From Candidatus Amesbacteria bacterium (GTDB lineage Bacteria > Patescibacteriota > Microgenomatia > CAZETR01 > Amesbacteraceae), in the NCBI GenBank assembly GCA_963736875.1, contig CAVTQH010000002.1:69294-133293 (forward strand): a stretch of DNA of 64,000 nt, written 5' to 3'. Below the pieces are notes generated by a model. The model was not told the DNA's origin and made no database searches. It worked only from the letters and a program-made list of their open reading frames with translations. Position numbers and translations under genes: made by a program. Shown in pieces: positions 49,012 to 58,789 of the stretch. Numbering within the stretch: position 1 is the first letter of the stretch; each line of letters opens with the position of its first letter.

Positions 49012-50592
49012 ATGCGTCTTATACTTTTGGTTTTTCTTCCCCTTTTTTCTTTCTGGCTGATGTTTCACACTTTCTCTTACGATTCATCCCGGAATCAGAT
49101 TCTCATCGCCGCCAAAGCTGCCAGTGATTTTGGCAGCCACTTACCCCATATCAGATCTTTTTCTTTTGGTTCCAACTGGCCCCCGCAATTCCCTCTCTTT
49201 CCCGGGGAACGCACCCGGTATCACTTTCTTTTTTATACCGTCACGGGTTTTTTGGAAAAAATAGGTTTCAGAATTGATTACGCCCTCAATCTCCCCAGCA
49301 GTCTCGGATTCTTATCTTTAATTTTACTCATTTTTATTTTCACTTCAAAAATATTTTCCTCCGTTTCGGCCGGGTTGGTATCGGTCTTTCTCTTTCTGTT
49401 TAACGGTTCATTTTCATTTATTGACTTTTTATCCAAACATCCGCTTTCTCTTCATACGGTTTCCAATATAATTGAAAATTCTTCCTTTCCCTCTTTTGGC
49501 CCCTGGAACGGCAGTCTTATCACCGCCTTCTGGAATCTTAATATTTATACCAATCAAAGACATCTGGGATTATCTTTTGCAATTTCCCTGTTAATTATTT
49601 ACGTTTTATATACCCGGTCCGATAAATTGATATTTTTGGCGGGATTCTTACTGGGTTCTCTCCTTCTTGTAAACCAGGCGGCTTTCATAATCACCGCCAT
49701 TTTTATTATTTGGTTTCTATTCACCCGACCCGGGATTCGCACCCGGATAGGAATTTCACTTTTGGGAATGCTTCCCTGGGTGTTTCTGGCTTTTTCTGCC
49801 ATAAACATCTCACCTGTTGTTCACTTTCATCCGGGATATCTCATCCCGGGTTCTTTAACCCCGGTATCTTTTATCCGGTTTTGGGTTTATAACCTTGGCT
49901 TTTATATATTTCTTATTCCTTTAGGTTTGATATTAGCCCCGCCTAAAGCAAGACTGTTGGGAATTCCCTTGCTTGCCCTTTTTATTTTACCCAACCTGTG
50001 GCAGTTTTCAGCGGACATGATCAATAATCACAAATTATTTAATTTTTTCCTGATTTTGGGAGTAATGTATTCGGCGAATGTTGTAATAAAAATATCCCGC
50101 ATAAAATACGTAGGGATACTATTAGCTATCTTTCTTACACTCACACTTTCTTTGGGGGGAATAATTGATTTCTTTCCCGTCAAAAACGATTACTTTGTCA
50201 GGATCGATGATATCAAGGCCAATCCCGACGCAGCCTTTTTTACCTCCACACCAAAAAATTCCGTTGTTTTGAATAGTTTCTGGTTTTATCACCCCGCTTC
50301 CATAGCCGGGAGATCTATTTACAACGGATATTCTTACTTCACATGGTCTTATGGTTACAATCAGACCGCACGTGAAGAGTCCACCAAAAAAATATACGCT
50401 TCCTCATCAAAATCAGAGGCCTGTTTTCGCCTTGAAAACGCCGGGATATCCCACGTGGAATTGAGCTCATCTTACGAGGGATTTTTACATCCCAACTGGC
50501 AACTTTGGCAAACTCAGTTTGTTCCTGTCTATCAAAATCTCCAAACCGGTTTCACCGTCTATTCCGTTGACCAAAACTGTCCCTCATCATGA
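49012..50592 (+). CDS. Polytopic membrane protein, hypothetical (GT-C-like topology)
   Basis: 526 aa with about 12 TM helices and a C-terminal soluble domain. No recognised motif. Translationally coupled (ATGA) to the next GT-C gene. Confidence 0.4.
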   Translation: MRLILLVFLPLFSFWLMFHTFSYDSSRNQILIAAKAASDFGSHLPHIRSFSFGSNWPPQFPLFPGERTRYHFLFYTVTGFLEKIGFRIDYALNLPSSLGFLSLILLIFIFTSKIFSSVSAGLVSVFLFLFNGSFSFIDFLSKHPLSLHTVSNIIENSSFPSFGPWNGSLITAFWNLNIYTNQRHLGLSFAISLLIIYVLYTRSDKLIFLAGFLLGSLLLVNQAAFIITAIFIIWFLFTRPGIRTRIGISLLGMLPWVFLAFSAINISPVVHFHPGYLIPGSLTPVSFIRFWVYNLGFYIFLIPLGLILAPPKARLLGIPLLALFILPNLWQFSADMINNHKLFNFFLILGVMYSANVVIKISRIKYVGILLAIFLTLTLSLGGIIDFFPVKNDYFVRIDDIKANPDAAFFTSTPKNSVVLNSFWFYHPASIAGRSIYNGYSYFTWSYGYNQTAREESTKKIYASSSKSEACFRLENAGISHVELSSSYEGFLHPNWQLWQTQFVPVYQNLQTGFTVYSVDQNCPSS

Positions 50593-52307
50593 AAAAATTT
50601 CTCTTATTAATACTTGTCATAGGAGCATTTTTTCGGTTTTTTGGCATAAATTGGGATCAGAACCAGCATCTTCATCCCGACGAAAGGTTTATGACCATGG
50701 TTACCCAGAGTATTTCCTGGCCCTCATCAATACCTCAATTTTTTGATACACGCCGCTCTCCGGCCAACCCTCACAACATTGGATACCCGTTTTACGTTTA
50801 TGGCACCTTACCGTTATTTACCGTAAAAACTGCTTCCCAACTGATGTCTCTGGATACCTACAACGGGAACACACTGGTCGGTCGCTTCATTTCCGCCGGT
50901 CTTGACACATTAATTATTTTTCTTGTGTTTCTGATTACTCTTCACCTCTTAAAAAAAGTTCTCCCTGCAATTTTTTCAGCTCTGATTTACGCCGCCGCGG
51001 TCTTGCCTGTTCAATTGGCCCATTTCTTTGCAGTGGATACTTTTTTGGTATTTTTTATCACTCTCAGTTTTTATTCTCTGATTAAGCTGATTTCCTCCCC
51101 AAAACCTTTTCCTCTCAGAGAGGCAATTCTATTAGGAGTTTGTTTTGGGTGTTCCTTATCATCTAAAATAACCGCCGCCCTTTTTCTGCCAATTATCCTC
51201 GTTGGATTTATATATAAACTTTACCTGTCCAAAAATATTGCCCGGGTTGCTTTGATCTCTTTCTTATTTGCACTCGTCGCCTTCATTTCTCTTCGGATTC
51301 TTCAGCCATATTTGTTCACCGGACCAATTAATCCGAATCCACAGATTTTGGACAACTGGAGTCAATTGAAGTCTTTTGATAATCCAGATAATGCATTCCC
51401 GCCTGCCGTCCAATGGATAAAAACACCGGCTTTTACCTTCCCTTTAACCAATTTATTTCTTTGGGGATGGGGTCCGGTACTCGGAATCTTGGTCATTTTT
51501 TCTTCAGTCTTCACTTTCAAATATTCAAAACATTACCCGTTACTTCCGCTGGTTTTAATCTGGATATTTGAACTGTTTATATATCAGTGTCTGCAGTTCG
51601 CCAAACCTATGCGCTATTTTTATCCGATTTATCCCTTTCTGGCAATTCCCGCAGGATTTTACCTCTCTCTTATCTGGAAAAAAGTTAATAGTCTCCCCCT
51701 CAGAATCATCATATTAATTTTAATTTTATATTGGCCAATATCATTTATCTCAATTTATATGCGCCCTCATTCCAGGGTTCAGGCATCAGCCTGGATTAGT
51801 CATAATATTCCTTCCGGAAGTACTCTGTCATGCGAATACTGGGACGACTGCTTACCCCTAAGCGGGAACGGCGAATACCGGATTATCCAATACCCTCTTT
51901 ATGACCCGGACACTTCTTCTAAGTGGCAGGATATGGAAAACCGGCTCGGGGAGACAGATTACTTGATTCTTTCCAGCAACCGCCTTTATGGCTCTATCGC
52001 ATCAGTACCGGAAAAATACCCCATCACCAGCCGATTCTATGCCGACCTTTTTTCCGGTCATTTGGGTTTCGTTAAAGTAGCTGAATTTACCTCTCGTCCC
52101 AATATCCCGGTCCCCGGTATTAAATTTTGCTTTACTCCGCCATTTGTCAATTATGGTCAAATAGTCAAATCCACTCAGGAGTGTTCTTTACCGGGGATTA
52201 GTTTTGTAGACGATTACGCCGATGAATCTTGGACTGTATATGATCATCCTAAAGTCATAATTTTTCAAAAAGCCGGTGATAATATCCAATCGTCTTTGAA
52301 ATATTAA
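50589..52307 (+). CDS. GT-C fold glycosyltransferase (ArnT/PMT-like, family 39/83-like)
   Basis: 572 aa, 11 or more TM helices. First extracytoplasmic loop carries the HPDERFMTMV Asp-Glu motif (analogous to the DE motif of PMT/ArnT). Large C-terminal periplasmic-type domain. Confidence 0.5.
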   Translation: MKKFLLLILVIGAFFRFFGINWDQNQHLHPDERFMTMVTQSISWPSSIPQFFDTRRSPANPHNIGYPFYVYGTLPLFTVKTASQLMSLDTYNGNTLVGRFISAGLDTLIIFLVFLITLHLLKKVLPAIFSALIYAAAVLPVQLAHFFAVDTFLVFFITLSFYSLIKLISSPKPFPLREAILLGVCFGCSLSSKITAALFLPIILVGFIYKLYLSKNIARVALISFLFALVAFISLRILQPYLFTGPINPNPQILDNWSQLKSFDNPDNAFPPAVQWIKTPAFTFPLTNLFLWGWGPVLGILVIFSSVFTFKYSKHYPLLPLVLIWIFELFIYQCLQFAKPMRYFYPIYPFLAIPAGFYLSLIWKKVNSLPLRIIILILILYWPISFISIYMRPHSRVQASAWISHNIPSGSTLSCEYWDDCLPLSGNGEYRIIQYPLYDPDTSSKWQDMENRLGETDYLILSSNRLYGSIASVPEKYPITSRFYADLFSGHLGFVKVAEFTSRPNIPVPGIKFCFTPPFVNYGQIVKSTQECSLPGISFVDDYADESWTVYDHPKVIIFQKAGDNIQSSLKY

Positions 52308-53394
52308 ACTCAGACCTGGCAAAACCCTTCCTTTTTAAAATCGCTTCTTTATTATCAAACGCATTGATAATTTTCTCTGCTAAAGCAATCGGGTCTCTCG
52401 GAGCCACTAAATATCCCATTCCAGTTATATTAATCGGCACTCTTGCTCCAGGTAAATCACTGGTTACGACCGGTACTCCCATCATCATTGCCTCTACCTG
52501 AACTATTCCAAAAGACTCTAGAATGGAAGGCACTATTAACACATCAATCTGCTCATAAAAAGATCCGATATATTTATTATCGATCACCCCCAATAAAACA
52601 AAATTATTAAGACCGTTACTAATAAGTTTAGTAATTTTATTTCGGTACATTACTTCACCCACCGGTTCGGTTGAGCCCAATACTGCAATTATCACTTCAC
52701 CTTTACCGAAATGCTGTTCCAGAATAGGTAAGGCTTCAATAATGTATTCGAAACCTTTATCCTCTGCCAGTCTGGCTACCATCCCCACAACAATTTTAAC
52801 CCCCTTTGGAATCCTTTTCCTTATGCTCTCAATAATTTTCTTATTAGTGCCTGGAATTCTGATTGGTGGGTATATTGCGATATATTTATTTTTAATTTTA
52901 TTGTAGAAAGTTAAACTTCTAGCATAATCATCCGTATAAACAATTACCCGGTCGGACATTTGCATCACACTAATATTTATTATTTCCAATAACCTCTCAA
53001 TTATTTTATCAACAATACCGCCTCTTAAAACTACCCTGGCGTGATAGATTGAAATTAACTTTTTTCTCATTAATTTTGCGAATATTGCAGTAATTATGCC
53101 TTCAGCCTGCGGTAAGTTGATTATTATCACGTCATTTTTCCTTACTTCTTGCCAACTTTTTATCAACCAGTCGAATGATATATACCCCTTACTGATCTTG
53201 AAAATCGTTTTTGCTCTAACCACTCTGACACCCTCAATTTGCTCGAAATCTTTAAGTGAATTATCATGCTTCATACACAAAACGGATATTAAATAACCCC
53301 TTTTTTGTGCCAGTTCCCCGGAGAGTGCTGTCACATAACAAGTCAGCCCGGAGATATAAGGAGAATAATAACTAAGACTTAATAAGATTTTCAT
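52255..53394 (-). CDS. GT4 (GT-B fold) glycosyltransferase
   Basis: C-terminal Glycos_transf_1 signature ESFGIVQVEAMMMGVPVVTSDLPGA (E…E motif). Confidence 0.75.
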   Translation of the reverse strand: MKILLSLSYYSPYISGLTCYVTALSGELAQKRGYLISVLCMKHDNSLKDFEQIEGVRVVRAKTIFKISKGYISFDWLIKSWQEVRKNDVIIINLPQAEGIITAIFAKLMRKKLISIYHARVVLRGGIVDKIIERLLEIINISVMQMSDRVIVYTDDYARSLTFYNKIKNKYIAIYPPIRIPGTNKKIIESIRKRIPKGVKIVVGMVARLAEDKGFEYIIEALPILEQHFGKGEVIIAVLGSTEPVGEVMYRNKITKLISNGLNNFVLLGVIDNKYIGSFYEQIDVLIVPSILESFGIVQVEAMMMGVPVVTSDLPGARVPINITGMGYLVAPRDPIALAEKIINAFDNKEAILKRKGFARSEFNISKTIGYYHRLFEKL

Positions 53395-53962
53395 TTCTAC
53401 AAATCTGATCCAATGCCCTACTTAAATAAGGGAATTTATATCGATACACCCTAAACACATCAAAGATATTGTAGACCCAAAAAATTTTTGCTGAAGTTTT
53501 TATGGTGTTTAGAAAATTTACGATATCCCAGTTATCTTCGATGAAGTAGTCAAAATTTTCCAGATTGATTATTCTTTTCTTAAATTCGTGGGGTTGTTCA
53601 TTTTTCTCATTAATATAAATTCTTTTAAACACTTTTATCAAACCTTGATGCCTCAGCCAGGTGAGGGTGTCATTTTTTACAAAACTAAATCTCCCGGTAA
53701 TCAAATAGAATTCAAATTTATCGGACCGGGCTAATTTCTTCAGGAATGCCACACCATTAGCCGGGAATGCACTGGGAATAACAATAATCAGATAATAAAG
53801 TAATCTCTGCCACTGATTTTTTGGTACAAAGAAACCGATTTTTTTTATTCCCAGAATCTTGTGTTTAACAAATGAAATTGCCAATCTGGCTACCCGGAAC
53901 GGATTGTAGGTAACTACCCCGTCAAAATCCAATCCGACTTTGATAGTACTCTTCGATGTCAC
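53372..53962 (-). CDS. HAD-superfamily hydrolase-like protein
   Basis: Motif I GLDFDGVVT at the N-terminus. 196 aa. Specific family not determined. Confidence 0.4.
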   Translation of the reverse strand: MTSKSTIKVGLDFDGVVTYNPFRVARLAISFVKHKILGIKKIGFFVPKNQWQRLLYYLIIVIPSAFPANGVAFLKKLARSDKFEFYLITGRFSFVKNDTLTWLRHQGLIKVFKRIYINEKNEQPHEFKKRIINLENFDYFIEDNWDIVNFLNTIKTSAKIFWVYNIFDVFRVYRYKFPYLSRALDQICRNENLIKS

Positions 53963-53977
53963 CGGCTAAATTTTACC

Positions 53978-55438
53978 TTACGCCGCTTTTTTGTACCACC
54001 ACCATCCGCCTGCTGTTAAAACAGTACCCAATATCAGAAGCCACATCGTCTGATCCGTGCTTCCTGAAGACTCCAACTGGGTCGGAGGGGTGGGCACAGC
54101 TGTTGGCCTTGGTGTTATGGTCGGCTTAGGTGTAACAGTAGGGGTAATTGTCGGTGAAGGAGTAGGTGTTTTAGTTGGCGTAATACCCGGAATATAAGTC
54201 GGCGTAGGGGATACCCTGGGTGTAGCGGTCGGTTTCGGTGTCGCTGTCGGGTTGGGTGTCGCTGTGGGTTTAACCGACGGAGTTGGGAACAATCGTGGGG
54301 TAACCGTGGCTGAAGGTGTTGCCGAATAAGCAGGTGCATTGCTTTCCCCGGCCGCAAACACCGTAAACACTCTGTTTACGGTTTTTAAGACCCCGTCAAC
54401 CATGGAAGTAACTGTGAGAGTATGCTCGCCTGGAGGTAAATCATTCGGTACGCTGAAAGAAAAGTTACCCTGGCCGTCAGCGGTTACCCTACCGGTAATC
54501 ACTTCATCAGAGTTGATTTCAATTATCACTTCCGCTCCCGCCGGAGCAGTTCCGATAATTTCAGGGCGCAGGGAATTGGTCTTTTCTCCCGATTTTGGAG
54601 TCAGCACATTTAAACCGGGATTAAATGAAATTTTAGATGTTGTTTGTTCGGCCAATGACCCGCTTTCAGTAGCTGCCGCTGGTTTTGGTTTATTCAGAAC
54701 ATAGTTATAGTCTTGACCCAAAATAATTTCCGGCACAGGACTGTCATCTTCGGTAAATATTACTATTTCTGATTTTCCCATCATCCCTCCGTTCACACTT
54801 ATATTTATTTGCGTTGTTTTTTTGTCGTATTTAACAAAATTTGCTGGATCGGAACTTCTGATAGTAGATAACGGAATTACCCACGAACCGGAAGGTTTCA
54901 CTAAAGTTGCTTCCAAACCACCACCTGGGACAGTCAGGTAAACCAAAACCCCTTCAGCCGGTTCACCCCCGTCCGTGGCCACCTGACCGTATGCCACATC
55001 AGCTGCTGGCTGGGAATCGATTCTCAGACCGGTTTTGACCTGGTATGGAATACCTTCCGAATCATACGTCTTATTTCCGGACCCGATGCTAAAACCGTAG
55101 ACTGTGTCTGGCTTAAGCCCTTTGGCGGTTACCAAATGAGTGAAGTAATCACCCACAGCTCCTTTTTGTTGATCCCTGTCATCGGTCACGATAATGTTCT
55201 GTTCGGATTGACCTTCACCATATTGAATAAATCCCGATACAGCCTTGGTTGTTATCCATGAAACAGTAAAACCGGTATCCGCGACATTTGATATTTTTAC
55301 CTCCTGGGGAGTCTCTTCGGTCGACGCCTGGATGGACTTTCTAACTTGGCTCTGAACCAACCACAATCCTGACAGCAGCCCTCCCAAGGCTACTAACAGT
55401 CCCAGGATTGTTGGAATCGTTATCTCTCTTTTTTTCAT
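53978..55438 (-). CDS. Cell-surface protein with N-terminal signal/anchor, FN3/Ig-like beta domains, Pro/Thr-rich stalk and C-terminal TM anchor
   Basis: N-term TM (TILGLLVALGGLLSGLW), FN3-like segment (ISNVADTGFTVSWITTKAVSGFIQYGEGQ), about 90-aa PT-rich linker (TPTATPNPTATPKPTATP…), C-terminal WLLILGTVLTAGGWWWYKKAA. No LPxTG. Confidence 0.55.
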   Translation of the reverse strand: MKKREITIPTILGLLVALGGLLSGLWLVQSQVRKSIQASTEETPQEVKISNVADTGFTVSWITTKAVSGFIQYGEGQSEQNIIVTDDRDQQKGAVGDYFTHLVTAKGLKPDTVYGFSIGSGNKTYDSEGIPYQVKTGLRIDSQPAADVAYGQVATDGGEPAEGVLVYLTVPGGGLEATLVKPSGSWVIPLSTIRSSDPANFVKYDKKTTQINISVNGGMMGKSEIVIFTEDDSPVPEIILGQDYNYVLNKPKPAAATESGSLAEQTTSKISFNPGLNVLTPKSGEKTNSLRPEIIGTAPAGAEVIIEINSDEVITGRVTADGQGNFSFSVPNDLPPGEHTLTVTSMVDGVLKTVNRVFTVFAAGESNAPAYSATPSATVTPRLFPTPSVKPTATPNPTATPKPTATPRVSPTPTYIPGITPTKTPTPSPTITPTVTPKPTITPRPTAVPTPPTQLESSGSTDQTMWLLILGTVLTAGGWWWYKKAA

Positions 55439-55635
55439 GGATTTAATATTTCCAGTTCGGTAAATACATCAGTTTTTAAATTTGGATTAATCTGTTCCAG
55501 GTGTTTTTCAATATCTGCTGGTACTTTAATTTTGACATAAGCTCTATATACCTCAAAACCCACCCAGGACGCAATCGTAATCAGCGTCGAAATTAATAGT
55601 ACCACAACCTCCCTGTCAATTCCTTTTTTTTTCAT
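55435..55635 (-). CDS. Small single-TM protein, hypothetical
   Basis: 66 aa. 4-nt overlaps with both neighbours (operon-embedded). Confidence 0.35.
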   Translation of the reverse strand: MKKKGIDREVVVLLISTLITIASWVGFEVYRAYVKIKVPADIEKHLEQINPNLKTDVFTELEILNP

Positions 55636-56279
55636 AGTAGGTCTTCAGGCACAAAACCCGCCTCGCCGTTTACCGTTAATATTAAAACACCATCCTTATT
55701 GGTATCAATCAACACGGAAGACAGGACAACAACTCTTCTTAAATTTTCCAGATCAAGCACCATCTTTCTCATTTGAGTATACTCCCCCGAGGCCGAAATA
55801 ATAAACCTAACCGCCAAAATCCCTTTTGGCATCCGTGATTCAACAGGCCGTGGTCCACCCGTTGGAACTGGGGTTTCGAAAGCCAGGGGTACTTTTTCAA
55901 TCACAATGGAAGCCAACTGTAATCCGCTTTCAGTCGCGATTTTTTCCAATCTGGCGGCCAGGATATCCCATTCAGATTCTTTTGGTAAAACTTCGTCTAA
56001 AAGCGGCATCTTCAAAGAAATTGCATCTAATTCTTCAAGTGCCTTCTGTACAGTCACCATTTTTTCCTCAAGTTTTTGTGAAATTTCCTCTTGCTGTTTA
56101 ATCTGCCCCAGCAAGCCGGATATTGTTACCAGAGTAGGTCTGAGAGCCAGTATTAGTAACGCAATCAGTAAAATCAGAGACAGAATGACCCACAAACTGG
56201 CAGTCCACAAAGGCCGGCTTTGAACCAATTGCAGGTATCTCCGGTATCTGCTTAAACTGCTTTTATAATCCAAAGCCAT
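55632..56279 (-). CDS. PilO-like type IV pilus assembly protein
   Basis: 215 aa. Short cytoplasmic N-term, TM, coiled-coil (QIKQQEEISQKLEEKMVTVQKALEEL), then ferredoxin-like periplasmic-type domain. Immediately downstream of the PilN-like gene. Confidence 0.45.
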   Translation of the reverse strand: MALDYKSSLSRYRRYLQLVQSRPLWTASLWVILSLILLIALLILALRPTLVTISGLLGQIKQQEEISQKLEEKMVTVQKALEELDAISLKMPLLDEVLPKESEWDILAARLEKIATESGLQLASIVIEKVPLAFETPVPTGGPRPVESRMPKGILAVRFIISASGEYTQMRKMVLDLENLRRVVVLSSVLIDTNKDGVLILTVNGEAGFVPEDLL

Positions 56280-56284
56280 AATAT

Positions 56285-56818
56285 TTATTTTTTAGCCGAT
56301 AAACTAAATTTGATTCCGTTTATTCTGCTCCCGAACAGCTCGGTCATATCAACACTTTTCCACATATGATCAGCGGATAGAGTAGCCAAAAGCTCTCCCA
56401 TAGCCTGCTCACTGAGAGTAATTGCCGTCAGGGACATTTCCCTCTCAACAACCTTCCTCTTTGAAAGCATAATTTCCTCCGGTAATTTTGAAGCAATATA
56501 ATCCAAAGTGTCACCCGCCTTAAGTCTGGCGGAGAGCATCCGACCGGTCAAATCGAGTCTTTTTTGTGTCTTGATAAATTCAGTTTGTCTGGGTATCTGC
56601 GACTCCAAAAAACTGACCTGGCCGTTTATTTGTTCGTTTAAATTTCTTAAATCCTCATCCAGCTTAAATCTTGAAAGAAAAGCTAAAATTACCACCAGTT
56701 CGGTGATAATAATTATATGTCTCCCTGTTGTTACCGCCCACTTCAAAAAACGACCCCAAAAAGACTGTTCAAACTCTGAAGGGGGTAAAAGATTAACCCT
56801 GCTATCCCGGGCAGACAT
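56285..56818 (-). CDS. PilN-like type IV pilus assembly protein
   Basis: N-terminal VNLLPP motif (PilN INLLP signature) followed by TM and coiled-coil. 177 aa. Confidence 0.5.
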   Translation of the reverse strand: MSARDSRVNLLPPSEFEQSFWGRFLKWAVTTGRHIIIITELVVILAFLSRFKLDEDLRNLNEQINGQVSFLESQIPRQTEFIKTQKRLDLTGRMLSARLKAGDTLDYIASKLPEEIMLSKRKVVEREMSLTAITLSEQAMGELLATLSADHMWKSVDMTELFGSRINGIKFSLSAKK

Positions 56819-56836
56819 AGCTTCAGTATATCAATT

Positions 56837-57085
56837 TCACTTTTTCTTCACCAGAGCAACCAGTCGGGATTTCAGTCTTGCCGCTTTATTCTTATGGATA
56901 ACTTTTCCTTTCACCGCCCGATCCAGCCTGGAGAATAATTCACTTATTTTTTTCTCAGTCGGCTTCCTTCTCATACCGGAAACTGCCTCTCTCAAAGCTG
57001 CACGAATCCTCACATTTACCGCCGCCTTTTGTTTATCGGCCCTTAATTTTCTTAATGCCCCTACAGTAACCGGCATAATCGCCAT
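56837..57085 (-). CDS. rpsT: 30S ribosomal protein S20
   Basis: 82-aa basic all-helical protein. ALRKLRADKQKAAVNVRIRAALREAV…KNKAARLKSRL is a typical S20. Confidence 0.85.
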   Translation of the reverse strand: MAIMPVTVGALRKLRADKQKAAVNVRIRAALREAVSGMRRKPTEKKISELFSRLDRAVKGKVIHKNKAARLKSRLVALVKKK

Positions 57086-57097
57086 ATAATATCACAC

Positions 57098-58768
57098 ATG
57101 CGGGAGCTTATCAAAAACGGAACCAACCTGCTTTTACGACGTCAAACCAATATCTTATCGGCAGCTTTTATCATCATGATTACCTATGGAGCCTCACATA
57201 TTGTGGGGCTGGTTAAAACCCGGTTATTAATCAGCGTCTTTTTTGGATCCAAATCTTCACTGTTGGATGTCTACTTCGCCGCCTTTGTCATTCCGGACAC
57301 ATTATTTCAGCTCTTGGTTATAGGATCTTTGTCTGCCGCTTTTATCCCGGTTTTTACAAAATTGTTAACCCGTAAGGAATCAGATGCCTGGTACGTAGCC
57401 GGTACTTCGTTAAATTTGGTTTTCATAGTCTTTTTTATCCTTTCCTTGTTTGTTTTTATCTTAGCAAAGCCTTTTTCTCAGCTTATCGCTCCGGGATTTA
57501 ATCCCCTCCAGATAACAACCATGAGTTCTCTCCTTCGGGTAATGCTTACAGCTCAATTATTTTTCTGTGTTTCCGGATTCCTCACGGGAATTATTCAGTC
57601 ACACCAAAGATTTTTAATTCCCGCTCTTGCTCCCATCGCCTACAACCTGGGTATCATCATCGGCACCCTTTTTCTCTCTCCTACGATGGGAATTTTTGGT
57701 CCGGCCGTCGGAGTCGTCTTGGGCGCAGCCATACATATGGCTATCCAAATTCCCGTGGCTGTTAAATTGGGTTTTAGATTCATACCCTCTTTGGATTTTC
57801 GACATCCTGAGGTCAAAGAAATAATGCGCCTGATGTCCCCCCGTGCAATTGCTTTAGGAATAGACCAAATTGAACAATTTGTAGCAGTAATTTTATCCTC
57901 GCTTCTGGCTTCCGGATCATTAACACTATTTAATGTTGCCCGCCTTCTCTATGCAATTCCGACCTCATTATTTGGCGTAACCATCGGTCAGGCGGCCTTG
58001 CCTGCACTCTCCCGGCAATCCATCGATATTGACAGGAAAAAATTTAGACAGACTCTTACCGACTCACTCCTGCAGATAACCTTTTTAGCCCTTCCCTTAA
58101 GCACTCTTTTTATTGTCCTCCGTATACCTATTATCAGGTTGGTTTTCGGAGCTAAGTCTTTCCCGTGGATCGCGACTTTAATCACCGGGAAAATGCTGGC
58201 AATTTTAGCTATTTCATCCACATTTTCCGCTCTTATGCAGTTAATTATCAGGGGTTTTTACGCTCTGCATGATACCAGGACACCCCTGGTAGTCGGCTTT
58301 TTTGCCGCAGTTTTTGATGTTGCTGTCAGCATTATTGCGGTTCGATTTCTGGGTTTCGGAGTAATCGGCATAGCTACGGCAATTTCATTAACGACAGTTT
58401 TTGAAACCATCATTCTTTTTATCTTGCTTTATCCCCGGCTTCATGCGGATAAAACATTTTTCGTCCGCATTACCAGCTCGTTCGTCAAAATGGTCATAGC
58501 AAGCTTTATTACCGGCTTCAGTTTGTGGATTCCCATGCGTTTACTGGATAAATTTGTCTTTGATACCACCAGAACCATACCGCTGATCGGTCTTACTTTA
58601 ATCACTTCAGCCATAGGACTGTTTGCATATTTGCTTTTCTCCTACTTTTTCAGAGTGGAGGAGCTCCTCTCATTTAAAGTCCTGATCAAACGACTGGAAG
58701 ATTGGAAAAATATCCTGATGCCTCATTCCAAGGAACCGCTTATCATTCCAGCCCCCGATCAGAATTAG
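57098..58768 (+). CDS. murJ: Lipid II flippase MurJ (MviN)
   Basis: 556 aa, 14 TM. Conserved MurJ N-terminal region (AAFIIMITYGASHIVGLVKTRLLISVFFG…DVYFAAFVIPD). Confidence 0.8.
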   Translation: MRELIKNGTNLLLRRQTNILSAAFIIMITYGASHIVGLVKTRLLISVFFGSKSSLLDVYFAAFVIPDTLFQLLVIGSLSAAFIPVFTKLLTRKESDAWYVAGTSLNLVFIVFFILSLFVFILAKPFSQLIAPGFNPLQITTMSSLLRVMLTAQLFFCVSGFLTGIIQSHQRFLIPALAPIAYNLGIIIGTLFLSPTMGIFGPAVGVVLGAAIHMAIQIPVAVKLGFRFIPSLDFRHPEVKEIMRLMSPRAIALGIDQIEQFVAVILSSLLASGSLTLFNVARLLYAIPTSLFGVTIGQAALPALSRQSIDIDRKKFRQTLTDSLLQITFLALPLSTLFIVLRIPIIRLVFGAKSFPWIATLITGKMLAILAISSTFSALMQLIIRGFYALHDTRTPLVVGFFAAVFDVAVSIIAVRFLGFGVIGIATAISLTTVFETIILFILLYPRLHADKTFFVRITSSFVKMVIASFITGFSLWIPMRLLDKFVFDTTRTIPLIGLTLITSAIGLFAYLLFSYFFRVEELLSFKVLIKRLEDWKNILMPHSKEPLIIPAPDQN

Positions 58769-58789
58769 TATTTTTGATAAAATTATCCC

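Noticed and set aside
54115-54704. ORFs 54115..54357 (-) and 54339..54704 (+) inside the surface-protein gene
   Set aside because: They are alternative-frame or antisense reads of the Pro/Thr-rich repeat region; the low-complexity repeats generate long spurious ORFs.
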